Shown here piece after piece: positions 33,439 through 47,000 of a stretch of DNA of 64,000 nucleotides. A model generated the notes under the pieces. The model saw nothing but the letters and a program-made list of their open reading frames with translations, was not told where the DNA came from and did not search any database. A program made the position numbers and the translations under genes. Each line of letters starts with the position of its first letter. Position 1 is the first letter of the stretch. The stretch comes from Asterias rubens (Eukaryota): contig NW_022985711.1 of the NCBI RefSeq assembly GCF_902459465.1, positions 124,001 to 188,000 on the forward strand. Direction: 5' to 3'.

Positions 33439-33579
33439 TCAGTGGAGCTGAAGGTAGGAATTTATATTCCTCTTAAAAGATGGCAGATCATAGGATGAAG
33501 GGAAACATGCACCAGGCAAGGAGTTCCAAAGAGATATGTACGAGGGAAAAAGCTACTGGAGAAGCTCTTTGTTCTACAT
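33439..33579 (-). mobile_element. CR1-group LINE ORF2 3' remnant
   Basis: CRTKSFSSSFFPRT-(frameshift)-LWNSLPGACFPSSYDLPSFKRNINSYLQLH*. Confidence 0.65.
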
Positions 33580-34325
33580 CCCTCGGCATGTGATGAAATA
33601 AAATTAAAAATGGTAATAATTTGACGCTAAGATTAAAATCTTCTGAGATTATGGGGTGTTTTTTCTAGACATGACTTAAACAGTTTTAAAATTTTCGTTT
33701 TTACAAAATAAAAGATGAGTGCATAGAATAGCCAATCATTTATTAAAGATACAAATAAGGTTCTCTCCCATAGGTTAGTTACGAACCTAACCAATGAAAG
33801 AAACGATTTGATTGGGTGATAGAAACAATGCGTAAAATCGATCTATCCTAATTAATTATTCCATAAAAACTATTTCGTAACCAAAACTGCTGTCGAGGGT
33901 TTTTAATCATAAACTTCACTTAACTATTTATATTCCCATCAAGGGCAAATCTAAAAATCTTGCTCTCTCAGCAAAACTGTTCAACCAATAAATTTAAATC
34001 TATGACGAAATTAATTTACCCAACCAATTAAAATAAAGTTTCGCTGATTAATTAATAAGTATGATTTAGTACATAAAGTCAAACACTTTCTGTCGTGATC
34101 GAAAGACGAGAAGTACCCCGTGAAAGCTTTGGGGGTGTTGGCTGATTTTACCTCATTTCGTTGACACCGTACCTGACCAGATATCGAGGGGGACATTTCA
34201 TCATTATGGCACGGGAATTGTGCCGATACCTCCTATTTTTGGCTGGCGTCGTACTGTGTATAGAAAGGTAAAGATAAATCTCTAAAAATCCTTAGATTTG
34301 TCCTTTTAACTCTTATTAATAGATT

Positions 34326-34359
<34 letters not shown>

Positions 34360-35060
34360 GGAAAAACAATCTGAAAGGTATACAACAAGTTGATATAAAA
34401 AATACTTTTTTTAGTCGAAAAACCTCACTCAAAGTTTATACTATGGAATTTGGGGGGGGTTTTGTCGGTGAAATATTTCCCTCTGAATTTCTAGTCATAT
34501 TCGAGACAAATGTATCTATTCGATCCCTCTTGAAAACGTTTTTTAATAAATGCATTTTAAATGTCAAAATGATACGGTGGCTCTGGAAGGACACTGGGAG
34601 TCTTTATTATTGAGATTTAGTACTAAAATCTTTGATGTTCTACAGCAAGGGTCAATACTCTTGTTAGTTTTTCCTCCAAGTAAAATGTGTTGTACAAAAC
34701 GGAGTAGTGGAAGTAATCAGCAAAAAACCTGCTTCCCTTATTTTTACGGTGCCGATAGTGTTTTATGAGAAAGTGAAAGTTCTCTAAATGTATGTATTAA
34801 CAAATTAATTTAAATTATCGAACAGTTTGCAATTCCCATCGAGTATGCTGAATATTGTTATTATACCTTTGTAGATCCAGCGCAACTTTGGGTCTTTTGA
34901 AAGTCGAGGAACCTTGCATGCGAATTGAGAGACTTCTGTACAACCCAAGTACCTGGCAGAACGTCAGCAGTATTTTCGAATGGAGGAAAGAGAGTAGCTA
35001 CGTATTGAGGTAAACGCAGGATTGTGAAAGTGTCGAAAAGTCTACCATAATCATCACAAA

Positions 35061-38000
35061 ATGCCCCTTTGTATTTTATTACTATTTTTCTCTTTGAAGT
35101 AAGGTTTCACTTTTCATTATCGTTTTTCCTTTACTCGATGTATCGTGTTGTAAAAAATAGTACGTGGATTTTAGCTTCAGTATTAATGATTATTGTATTT
35201 CATCCGTAGATGGGTTTGCTGTGACGGCATTGAATTACCAAACATCTGTGGAAAACGTGAGTTATTTTTTTATATTTATTATAATATAATATTTCAAAGT
35301 CTTTATTTGCAGTTAGAGCAAATTAATTTTGTCAGTTCCCCTCCAAAAAAATTATTTGACTTAAACTCATTCTCTTTATACGTAATTTATTGTTACGAAA
35401 TCATTATTTGTTCATTAAACAAACAATAAATTACGTAAAAGGAAAGGAGTTTTATTATAATGAATTCTAATATAAAATAAGACTTGATATAAATTGTATT
35501 AATAAGCAGAGTATTGTCATTCTTCCTCAAGTCTAGAATTGCTTCAAAATGTTATTATTATTTTTTGCTTTATAAAGCCATTTGCAATCCCCCTTGTTCC
35601 GAGTTTACGGAGCTGTGCAGGAGAGAGGACCGTATGTGTGTCAGTTCAAACCCATCAGAACTTGGAGCATTAGGTAGGTGCTTATTGGTAAATACCTCTT
35701 GCATGAATGACGTCATAAGTTTGAACAGCACTCTCGAGATCAAAGGAAGACCTGTCATGGCTAAGAGTTGTGCGAAGCGCATACTATAGCATTTCCATTG
35801 GGCAAGGTCGAGTAGCGACCATTATTTTGTCAACCACTACACCGTAATAAAAACACCGTAAAAATTGACGGTGCTTTACCTGGCAGGTGCCAGGTAAAGT
35901 GCAGTAAGTTTCCACTGTGGAAGTTTTGCTGACTACCCCGTCAAGGCACAATTTGCAAGACTTCCACTGTGAAATTTACGGCACTTTACGGCATCAGACA
36001 TTTTACGGATTTCGTTTTGTTTACAGTGTAAAGCTCTATGCGTGCAATACATCACTTTCAAATCTATTTTAAACGAGCCTCTTACACTTGGCATGGATTT
36101 GTCATCATTTTTGATTTGTCATCATTTTTTCTTTATCCCTCTTCACTGTATAGTGTTAGGCATTTTCGAAATGGGTATTATTATGCAATTAAGTTACGAC
36201 TGAACTTGTTTTTTTTTTTAGGTTTGCCACTACTTGAAGGAAGTCTTTCACCAATACCAATCGTACCTTCGATGACACCATTCTTCGATGGACACCTTGA
36301 CGGTAAGTTAAAGTCACCTGGAAATGGTATTTTGTCAAAATAAAGCTTTAGTCACTAAAATATTATGTGTTTTGATGAGCGGAACATGAAAAAACAATTA
36401 ACTGAGGTGTCTTTCTGTTTAGAACCAATATGCACTGTTTGCTGCAGCGGATCCATCCGGACTTTCGACGGCTTGAACTACAACTACCCAACGAAATGTC
36501 GCCACGTGTTGGCCTACTTTCATGCAAAGACGACGTTCACCATAGACTGGACTCCAGCCTATAAGTGCAACAATCTGACAAAGGCATGCAAGAGTGCGGT
36601 AGAAATCAGGTATGGGGCACCCTCTTCTGCTCTATTCTGTAGTAATTGACATAGCATTTTGAAAAAAATGAAGTCTCCTCAACCAGTGGCGAAACTTTGA
36701 TTTCGAGACCTCAGAATTAGATTTTGAGGTCACGAAATCAAGCATCTGAAAGTACACAACTTCGTGTGACAAGGGTGCTTTTTCTTTCATTATTATCTTG
36801 CAACTTCGACGACAAATCAATTGAGTTAAAATGTTCACAGGTTTGTTATTTTATGCATAAATATGTTGAGATACAACAAGTGAGAAGACTTGTCTTTGAC
36901 AATTTACCAATATAGTGTCCAGTGTCTTTAAACGTTGTATATTTAAACCAAGCACTATTAGATTTAACCATGTACTTTTCTGGTTGTCCCCTCCCCATCT
37001 TTTCAGTAATGGCGACTTAAGAATTGACCTTTTCCCAGAGGGAGTGGTTCACTATAATGGAAGGGCAGTTGAGCTGCCTCACGAGACTATTGACGGTGCC
37101 TTGATCTACCGGAGGGGTGTTGAAGTAGTCTATAAATCTGATGGTAATTCTCTTTTTTGTACAAAAGTGTTTTGACTATGCCTAGACGGTACGGGGTTGT
37201 GGTGGAGGTATTTTTTGTCGGTACAATTCTATATGGGGCTGAGATTAAGAAAAGAAGCCAACCGAATCACCTTCAGTTCCCCTAAGTTTTCATCTTTAAT
37301 GTATGATCCTTGTAGCCACCTTACCGTGTGCTTTGGCCTTGTTTTAACGAATATAAAGACAGACAATACAAGACTTGTAGATAATTACAAAGGTTGTGGG
37401 TTCGAATCCTGTGTCATTCATGAATGTCGGTGTCCCATGGAGAAATCCCTCTCCCCTCCGGAGATTATCCTCCCCCCCCCCATAGTGGGGATTCATGGGT
37501 GTACTGTTTGGGCATAACGGATGCACGTTTTCAATAATTATCATTGTATCCAATGGAATTACTGGATCTAGCGGCAGGATAAAGACAGGGGCCTAATCTA
37601 GGGAAGGACTTGCGCTATGTCTAATAAACTAGGAACGATAAAATTAATAAAAGTTACAACAACAGAGGGCGCCCTAACGTCAACATGTGGTGGTTGGTGG
37701 CGCGACGTACGAAAGCGATCAAAAAAGGGCAGTAAAATTCGATAAATAACAGTATGAACAACCCTTACATCATGATTTTTAAAGAATGTTCTTTACTCTT
37801 TGGATGAGGGGGATGCTGGATGCAGGCTGAAAAAGGGCGATCAGTAATAATTTTGGCAAATTCTCAAGGCTAAAAGTGTCGGCAAAATACACGGTGTCGG
37901 CGGAACAACGGACCCGTCACGGTAGGTCGATCGAGTGTGTGTACATGCATGGAGGTAGAATTAGACATGTAGGCCCATGGGTAGTGAGTGAAAACCAAAG

Positions 38001-41000
38001 ATAGTAGAGCGCCGTGCTCTACTCTTTGGTGAAACTGAAAGTACCTAGTTGCACTTGATCGTGTGGAAAAGTTTCCGTATGGCGCCACCACTTTTTCATT
38101 CGAAATAAAATAATATAGTATCTCATTTACCTGATTGATATATCCCTTTTTGTAAAAATGAGTGAAAAAGTGGTGGCGCCATACGGAAAGTTATCCTTTT
38201 TTTGTGATCCTAAAAATAAATTTAACTGGAAAAAGAGCTTTCAAATCGCTACAAATTCAGGGAAAAGTTTCTGTATGGCGCCACCACTTTTTCATTTGAT
38301 TTGAAATAATATAGTATCTATATTGAATCTATAAAAATAGTGATTTTTTTACATAATGCCTTAAATGGCATTCTAGTCATGCTAGCAAACAGTGGTAGCA
38401 TTTTTCAGCATTTTTTCTTTCTTTTTCTGCTGACTCTTGACTCTTGAGTCGTTACTGTCCAAAGTTTCTTAATGAAGTTTAGTGGATGGTGTGGTGATTT
38501 TACATGTTATTGTAATAGCGCCCTCTCTTGGCAGACTTTAGGCAGTTAAAACATGGCTACCTAGTTACAGACATGTAGCAGTTCATGAATAAATATAATC
38601 AAAGAATAATCCTTGCCATCCGTGTAATCTCAAATCAAAACAGATGGGTCTTTTAACAAAATGGGGCTATAACGGTGTCAATCAATCCCTTTCTAGTGCA
38701 ACCTTCATAATTGAAGATGTTGGCACTGCCAGACACACTGGGCGAACCCTTCTCTTTGGGATAAGTGTGTACTGGGGTCTTTTACACGGGATCTATGTCC
38801 CATCAGGGCGAAGCAATAGTTAAAAGTGTGTTGCTTAAAAGGACAGAAGTGTCACGACCAGGACTCGAACCCACACTGCTGATCAGATTTTACAGCATCG
38901 GGTTCGGTGCTCTTCCACTCGGCTACGACACTTCCACAATGGATAAACTTTTTATATTTGCCCATTGACTTTGAGTTGTCTTTATTTATCTAGATGTACT
39001 AGTTACCTTTGATGGCGTCACCAATGTTGGTATTTTGCCAGCTGATATCTACAAGGCTGACGATGAGGGAAATAGTCTCCGAGGTTTGTGTGGTAACTAC
39101 GACGGCAATCCCAGGAACGACCATGGGGCCGAAAGTGTGGAAGTCTTCGCCCCTAGATACAAGTTCCCAGACGCTCACTGCCCACTGCCCCAGGCGAGCC
39201 ATCTGAAGCCGTTTGACACGGACCTGCCAAATCATGTCACGGAAGAATGCTGGAGGTTTGCCACAAACGGCCTCTTCCGAGCGTGCAGGATGGTCATCCC
39301 TGTCGAACCATTTTTCGATAGGTGCATGTTTGCGATGGCAATATGCGAGAAAGATGGGTCGTTTTGTGACTTATGTGAGATCTATGCGTCTTATTCCAGA
39401 GAATGCGCACATCACCTCATAGCTGTTGAATGGAGGACAGAGAATTTCTGTAGTAAGTTGTAAATGAAAGCATACTTAGGCCATGTCCCAAATAAGCGAC
39501 TTCAGCTACGGCTTTGGCTAGATTTCACGTCATCATGCGTTGAAGTATAGAACGTCCTTAACAACACCCTTAGGAACAGCCGTAGCTGTAGCTGTAGCCC
39601 GCCAATTCGGATACAGCCTTAGTTTGTAAGGGGTGCTCCAAGGTCAAATTCAGTTTGTGATGGACCCATTTTCAATAAAACACAGTCCATTATGAAAATG
39701 GGAAAGCAATTACAAAGTCTCTAACCTTGCATTAAAATTTTGAAAATGCCACTGTGTTCGCTGTGTTTTTGTCCAAAATCAAAGACGTTCGCTGATAAGA
39801 TAAGATAAGATAAGAACTAGATTATCCCACACTGGAGAATTTCAACTGGCCTTGATGAAGTCACATTTCAAATAATATGGTGTGTATCTTTGTCAAGAGA
39901 TTTATCGCATTCCTGGATTCTGATGATAATTATTTATTCAATCAAAACTGCAATGAATTTGAGCTTATGACCGGCACAGAAATTCCTTTTTGGATCGATG
40001 TCATGTTTCAACTTTTGCTCTAAAAATTAATGTTATTTTGCGTCATTTTAACAGGGGTTACAGATTTGTAACTTCCCCCTACATCAGGACTCTGTTGGAA
40101 AGTGATTTCATCACAAAATAAACTGAATTTTACATAAGAGCCTTCTTCAAAATCATGCCCACCAATTAAAGCCAGCCGTCGATTTCACGAAACTCTCTCT
40201 AACTTAGGATTAATCTTATGACTTAAGACGAGTCCCAACCCTGCACTGTAGCATGCAGATCTTAAGATTAATCCTATAAGACGAGTCCTAACTCTTTGTG
40301 AAATCGACGGCAGGTCACTTTGTTAGTGTTACTCAGTATTAAATTTTTGATTGTCTCAACAAAATTCAAGTAATTTGTACCCTAAAAAACCAAAAATGAA
40401 TACAAGCCAATCATTAAGTTTTAACTTTTTTAATGACTCGTTCATCTTGTATTGCATCCTTGATGTGCGCTGCATGCTGCAGTGATAGTTACCGACACCC
40501 CTGTCAGATTCCCTGTATCCAATAACAGTAAGAAACAATGGTATTGACTGTACAAAATTTCACCAGACTACCCTTCCAGAGGTGCTTTGTAGAGGTGCTG
40601 CAGCCGATTTCACGAAAGGCTAGGATTAATCCTATCTCGAGTTAGGGTGAGTGACCGGTCCTAACTAAGGACGGGTTTAATATATCCTATTGCTATGAAT
40701 ACGGAACTCAACTCGCCCTTAGTCCAAAGATAAATCCTAAGTTAGGAAGAGTTTGGTAAAATCGAAGGCTGGTCACCTGTTCCTCCTTGCCACTCACTGG
40801 CTTGGTATTGTATGATTACTTGATCTATTTGTATGTTTTTATGCCGGTGTAAAGCAAAATAAAACTAAACTAAAACATCTATTTTGATTTTCATTTTTGT
40901 CCTTTTCTCAAGACATTGAGTGTGACAACGGTAAGCGATACAAAGAGTGCGGAACTGCTTGCCCAATGACTTGCAAGAACGTCTTCTTTCCTGAGAAGTG

Positions 41001-44000
41001 TACATTGCCATGGGTCTCCGGCTGTCAGTGCCCTGCAGGTATGACCAAGGCCCAAATTCATGGATCTGCTTACCAATGAATTCTAAGCTTATACAGTAAC
41101 CACTTTCTGCTTACTTTGCAAGTGCCACATTTCTGTACTAGCCGTGTAATCAAAGAATGTGGAGCAACACTCAGTTCCAAACGAAAATTCCCTGCTAACC
41201 TGTGAATTATTCTTGACCTAAGCGCAGGATGCCAGGGGACCAATGGTAGAACCAGCTAGGGACCAATGGTAGAGCCAGGGGACCATCGGTAGAACCAGCT
41301 AGGGACCAGTGGTAGGGTCAGGGGACCAGTGGTACATGTAGAAGAACCAGGGGACGTGGTACAACCAGGCGGGAGGTTGTTTTAAAATGTTTGTCACTGT
41401 GAATGCTATCATGCTGCTCACAATATACCTGGCCCCTAACTATTGCCCCTCATTCGTCAGAGGCTTAGTCTCGCACAGAGCAGCAGCAGTCTCCTATGAG
41501 AGTGTATTGGCGAGGGATCCGTTATGCTATCACCAAAATAAACATTTAACGACTTGTCTACAAGTCTATTTCAACACTTGGATTTGAAGCTTATTATGTC
41601 TCTGGAAACATCTTAGATCATGAACCTTTGGTGTTGATTTAAATTCAGGCACTCTGGAGGAAGGAGATGTTTGTGTTGAAAAGGAAAGCTGCTCTTGTGA
41701 CCAGTATGGTGAAGTCTACCCATCTGGTTCTCTGATAGAGGAAGACTGCGAAGTTTGGTAAGTGGGTACCTGCAAGTTCCAGTGCCAAATTTCAAAGAGC
41801 TGCTTAAGCATTAACAACTAGCTAAGGAGGCCTGGGCGAATTATTCGAATATCCGGTTAATGGCGAATAGGTTTTCCTATCCGTAACCCCGAATGCCTTT
41901 TTTTTCTTAACCGGATATCAAAGATTACGAAAGTTTTCCTTCACGTAGAGTCAATCACGATCAAAAGAAAAAGCAAATCGCCATCTTTAAATTAGATCCG
42001 GTTATTTTTATGAATGAACCAAGTGACACTGTCTAAAACTAATATCAATCCGCCCATAAGATCAATTTTTAATATTTTTATTTATTTTTAATAGCGCCCT
42101 CTAGCGGCAAAAAAACTATTCCAATATCCGGTTAATTTCGGATAGTTGGCCAGCGGTATCCGAATACGAAAATTTCAATATTCGCCCAGCACTATAGCTA
42201 AGCACAACAAAGCACGTCACTGTACCAGACAACATTCAAATCTAATACGCAAATGGCTGATGAAATCTGAATACCTCAGACTATAGAAACAGGTGCTATG
42301 TCTCGTGATTCGGGGCAAGCTTTTGCATAGTTACATAAGAGCCGACAAACACCTGTGCACAATTCTGTATGAATATGTATGGCACTAGGGGTTGCTCATC
42401 TGGAGGTTGTTTTATAACAGATTGCCTCAAACTATTTGTATTTGACATGGAGGGATCGATTTCGTCCATTTTGCATAGCAAAATATTTAGACTGTGTGCA
42501 CAACTGACTGCTAATATTGTCATGGCTACATGGCAGTTGCAGGTTAGATGGCTTCCGACTGGCACCCCTGAACAAAAGTATCGACAAAGAAAGGCAGACT
42601 GCCAACATAGGACCAGATAGCTCAGTTGGTAGAGGGCTGGCCATTAATACGGAGGTTGTTGGTTCAACATGTTCAATGGCTTAAACCATGAAATGAAATT
42701 TAAGCGGTAACTTGTGACTAAGCTGGGCCCAATTTCATGGCTCTGCTTACCGTAAGCACAGAATCGGCGCTTACGGAAGCAGGGAATTCTGTGCTTACGG
42801 CAAGCGTATTTCAAGGGTTAGCAGCGAATTTTGGCTTCTGCGTGTGCGTACTCCACGTTACTAGGCATTCTACGCCTACAAGGCTAGCGCAGAAATTCGG
42901 CGCTTGCACGTAAGCGGGGAATCGTGATCGTAAGCGCAGAATTCGGCGGTAAGCAGAACCAGGAAATTGGGCCCTGGTCATTGTACCACACATTATTGGA
43001 CCCTGCTTGAAAAGAGAGTTTGTTGAAACTTTGCATGGTGAGCGTACAATTAGATTAAATTATGCATTAGCACAGGTGTAAATCTCTATCGAGTAGTGTT
43101 GGTTCCGAGAAGAACTGGGTGGATGACAACTCAACACTTCAATCAGTTTGCTCTGATCGTCTTCAGGAGGACGGTTAGTTGTCAACCACCTCTCAGAATC
43201 ATCACTACTCAAAAGAGATTCTCACATGGTGCTACATTAAAACCTAACCTAGAAGTAAGTTGTATTAAAGGTTTGTCATGCTGCCTCCATCTTGGTCATG
43301 TTCCTCGTATCAAATAACAATAATGAATGCCAGTAATTATTTTGCAAATAGGAACCAGACTATTTTGTTCTTCCAGCCTCGGTGTGGTAACATTGATAGA
43401 AATTGGGGAAATTCACGATGGCGGCACCATGATAAAGGTCTATTGAAGGTTTATATAACAATCTCAATTCTTCTTTCTTTTTCTTGTTGAAACAGTGTCT
43501 GTATGGAAGGCATGCTTGACCAATGCACTCCCAAGATACCCTGCCATGCAGCCTGTACCATACTAGGCGGCCGCTATTTCAACTCGTTTGACGGGCTGAA
43601 CTTTGAGTTTGAAGGCAACTGCGAGTATGTGCTTGCCCAGAACGCCACCTCTGAAGTTCCAAAGTTTGTTGTCTTTTTGGACCAAAGCAATTGCGAAGGA
43701 AACAGAATAGTTTGCATGCCTTTCATTAGTCTCCTTGTGCCAGATGGAACCATATATGAGTAAGGATGGATATTGTTTTAACCCCCCCCCCCCCCCCCCC
43801 CAGGTCCTCTCCTTGTCTCCTTCTTCATTGTTCATCCCTGGCGTGCCGAGTGGATAAGGGCGTGGTACTCAAGCTCTGGACCCAATTTCATAGAGATGCT
43901 AAGCACAAAAATTTGCTTAGCATGAAATTTCTCCCTTGATAAAAACAGGATTACCAACCAAATTTCCTCGTGATTTTCAGGATAATCAAACAACAGCTGA

Positions 44001-47000
44001 ATACCAGTAACGAGCAATACGCGACAAATGGGAAGTTAGTTAGTAATCCTGTTTTTATCAAGGAAGAAATTTCATGCTAAGCAAATTTGTGTGCTTAGCA
44101 GCTCTATGAAATTGGGCCCTGGTGTTTCTGATCAGCAAAGTCTTGGTTCGATTCTAAGTCATGACACTTGTGTACTAGCAAGACACTTGACCAATTCAAA
44201 TTTTTAGTGCTAACTTGGGATAAAACATGTCATTGTACCAGACAATTGTAAAATCTTACACGCAAATGGCTTATTGTTGTGAATGATGTGGGTTAGTTCA
44301 AGGCCTGTAATACACTATTGTTACTGTTGTTGTTTTTGTTGTTTGTTTGTTGTGAAACAGAGTCAAGGTTGCTGATGAGCTGATAGTCTACGGAGTCAAC
44401 CAACCGAAACAGAATATGAGACTTCCTTATAAAAAGATTGATGGAGACAGCTCTATTATAGTGAAACGTCTCTCTTCGATGGTTTGCCAGATGAGGTTAC
44501 CTACACTTGGCATACAGATTCTGTGGGGAAACGACAATCGCATTTACATCATAGCTGAAGATAAACTACTTGGCAAGGTCAGATTATGTTTTATCTTAAA
44601 AGATGAATTTACTAGAGTAGGATTTTAATCTGCTTGCGCTGGTTTAACGTACCGGCGCTCAAACAATTGAGCTATGTTGCCCAAATGTTGATTTCATGCT
44701 GCCTACCGGGGATCGTGTATCCGTCGTCAGAGACTTCACCCCAGCTTTGAATTGCCCGTCAGGAGTCGATAAAGCGCTTGGTAAGAACTGCGTATTATTA
44801 TTTTTATTTTTATTAGTATTATGATTCACTCTTGTGGTTAAAACTACAGATCAACGGTCTGTGTGGAAACTACAACAAAATACAGTCCGATGATTTCACC
44901 CTGCCTACCGGGGATCGAGTATCCGTCGTCCGCGACTTCACTCCAGCATGGAGTTCAGATTACACGTGTAAAGAGAAACCTTCGGATTCGCTGCTCAACT
45001 TCTGTGAATTGTACTCATTAGTTGACGCAGAGACTAACGCAATCTGTGGTTTACTAAAAGGTAAGATATAACATTGAATTCAACCATCAGGGCCCAAGTT
45101 CATTAAAGACACTGGACACTATTGGTAATTGTCAAAGTCTAGCCTTCACAGTTGGTGTATCTCAACATATGCATGCAATGACAAGCCTGTGAAAATTTGA
45201 GCTCAATCGGTCGTCGAAGTTGCGAGATACTAGTTAAAGAAAAAAGAAAAAACCTTGTCACACTGGTGTTTTTTTTTTCTTTAACAGGAAGTTGTGTGCT
45301 TTCAGATGCTTGATTTGGAGACCTCAAATTCTAAACCTCAAATTCGTGGAAAATTACTTCGTTAATTCAGAGGGAAGTTCAATGTTTTATACTATCAACA
45401 GCTCCCCATTACTCGTTACCATGAAAAGGTTTTATGCTAACAATTGTTTTGAGTAATTACCAATAGTGTCCACCGCCTTTCAGCCTGTAAAAAAAAAATC
45501 ACCAACTCACTGGCATGTTGTGGCCAGTGTCTTTAAAGTTCTAGTGTCTTTAAGGTCGTTAATTTTTGTGTCTGTTCTTTTTTTGTAAAGCGCATCCATT
45601 CAGTAAGTGCAACTCGAGAGTGGACATGACTAAGTACCACAAACAGTGCAAAATGGATCGCTGTATTCACTCCGAGGGGGCAGAGTGTTTGGCCATGTCT
45701 GCCTATGCCCAGGAGTGCTCTAGAAAGGGGATTGTGATTGAGTGGAGGACTCCAGAACTCTGTCGTAAGTTATATGCCTCTTTCTTCTAAAGTCGTCCTC
45801 TTGGGTGGATTTCACAAAGAGTCAGGACTAGTCTTATCTCGAGTTAGGACGAGTTACTTAGGACTACTCTTAAAGGGTATGGGTACTTTTTGCAAAATTT
45901 TCACATATTTACATTAAATTAAACAAAATATTACTTGCTGAGGTGCTGTAGTTTTTGAGAAATGAGTAAAACAATGTCACAAAAATTATTTTAGTCATAC
46001 CGTGCTGGTTAATACGTTTTCTACATGCAAAATAATTTTTAAATCACTAACAGCTCTGGCCTTGTATTACTCATTTCTACTACTATCGCATCAGTAGACA
46101 GTTCAACTTCTGTAACACGTTCGCTGCGAAAACAGCTTGTGTCAAAATTCGCTTCGCATTCTCATTCGCAGGAAGTATGAACAGGGCTTAACTCTTCTTT
46201 CTCCAGAAGACGATCAGAGCATACTGATCAAAACGTCGAGTTGAAACCAACTGTTCTTTTCAGAACCACCTCAACTCATTAGAGATAGTCATTACATATC
46301 ATATTAAGGGTGCGTTCGATAACACTAGCGTCCCTGGGTCTACCTTGCGGTGCTTACTCGGGTAAGCCCCTGACAACAGCTATAACGAGCGATCCCTCAC
46401 CGCTCTTGTAGTGACGCCATGTACCTGGGGCCAGCCCCCAAGTGACCCTCAACAAGCAGGGCACTGGGGGCTGACCTGGGTGAGCCCCTGGAATGACGTC
46501 AAAGCTATTCGAACGCACCAGGGGCAGACCGGGGTCGACCCAGGGAAGCTAAACGAACGCACCCTAACTCTTGTTATTTTCTTTATGCAGATGTGCCCTG
46601 TTTCTTGGGTCAGGTTTACAAGGAGTGTGGGTCATCATGCAAGGTATCCTGTCTTGATCTCAGCAATACTGATTGCAAAGAACGCTGCATTCAGGGATGT
46701 CAGTGTCCTGACGGTGAGGTAAGTTCAACATATAGAGCTTTGTATGCCATAGAGTTATATATAAGAACTAGAGGGCGCATTGATATTTAACTAATACTGA
46801 TTGCAAAGAGCACTGCGTTCAGGGTTGTCAGTGCCCTGGCGGTGAGGTAAGTTCAACATATAGAGCTTTGTATGCCATAGAGTTATATATAAGAACTAGA
46901 GGGCGCACTGATATAAAACTAATACTGATTGCAAAGAGCACTGCATTCAGGGATGTCAGTGCCCTGGCGGTGAGGTAAGTTCCACATATAGAGCTTTGCA

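Noticed and set aside
34875-35009. Possible untranslated first exon of the mucin gene
   Set aside because: Plausible AG and GT boundaries only; it cannot be supported without transcripts.
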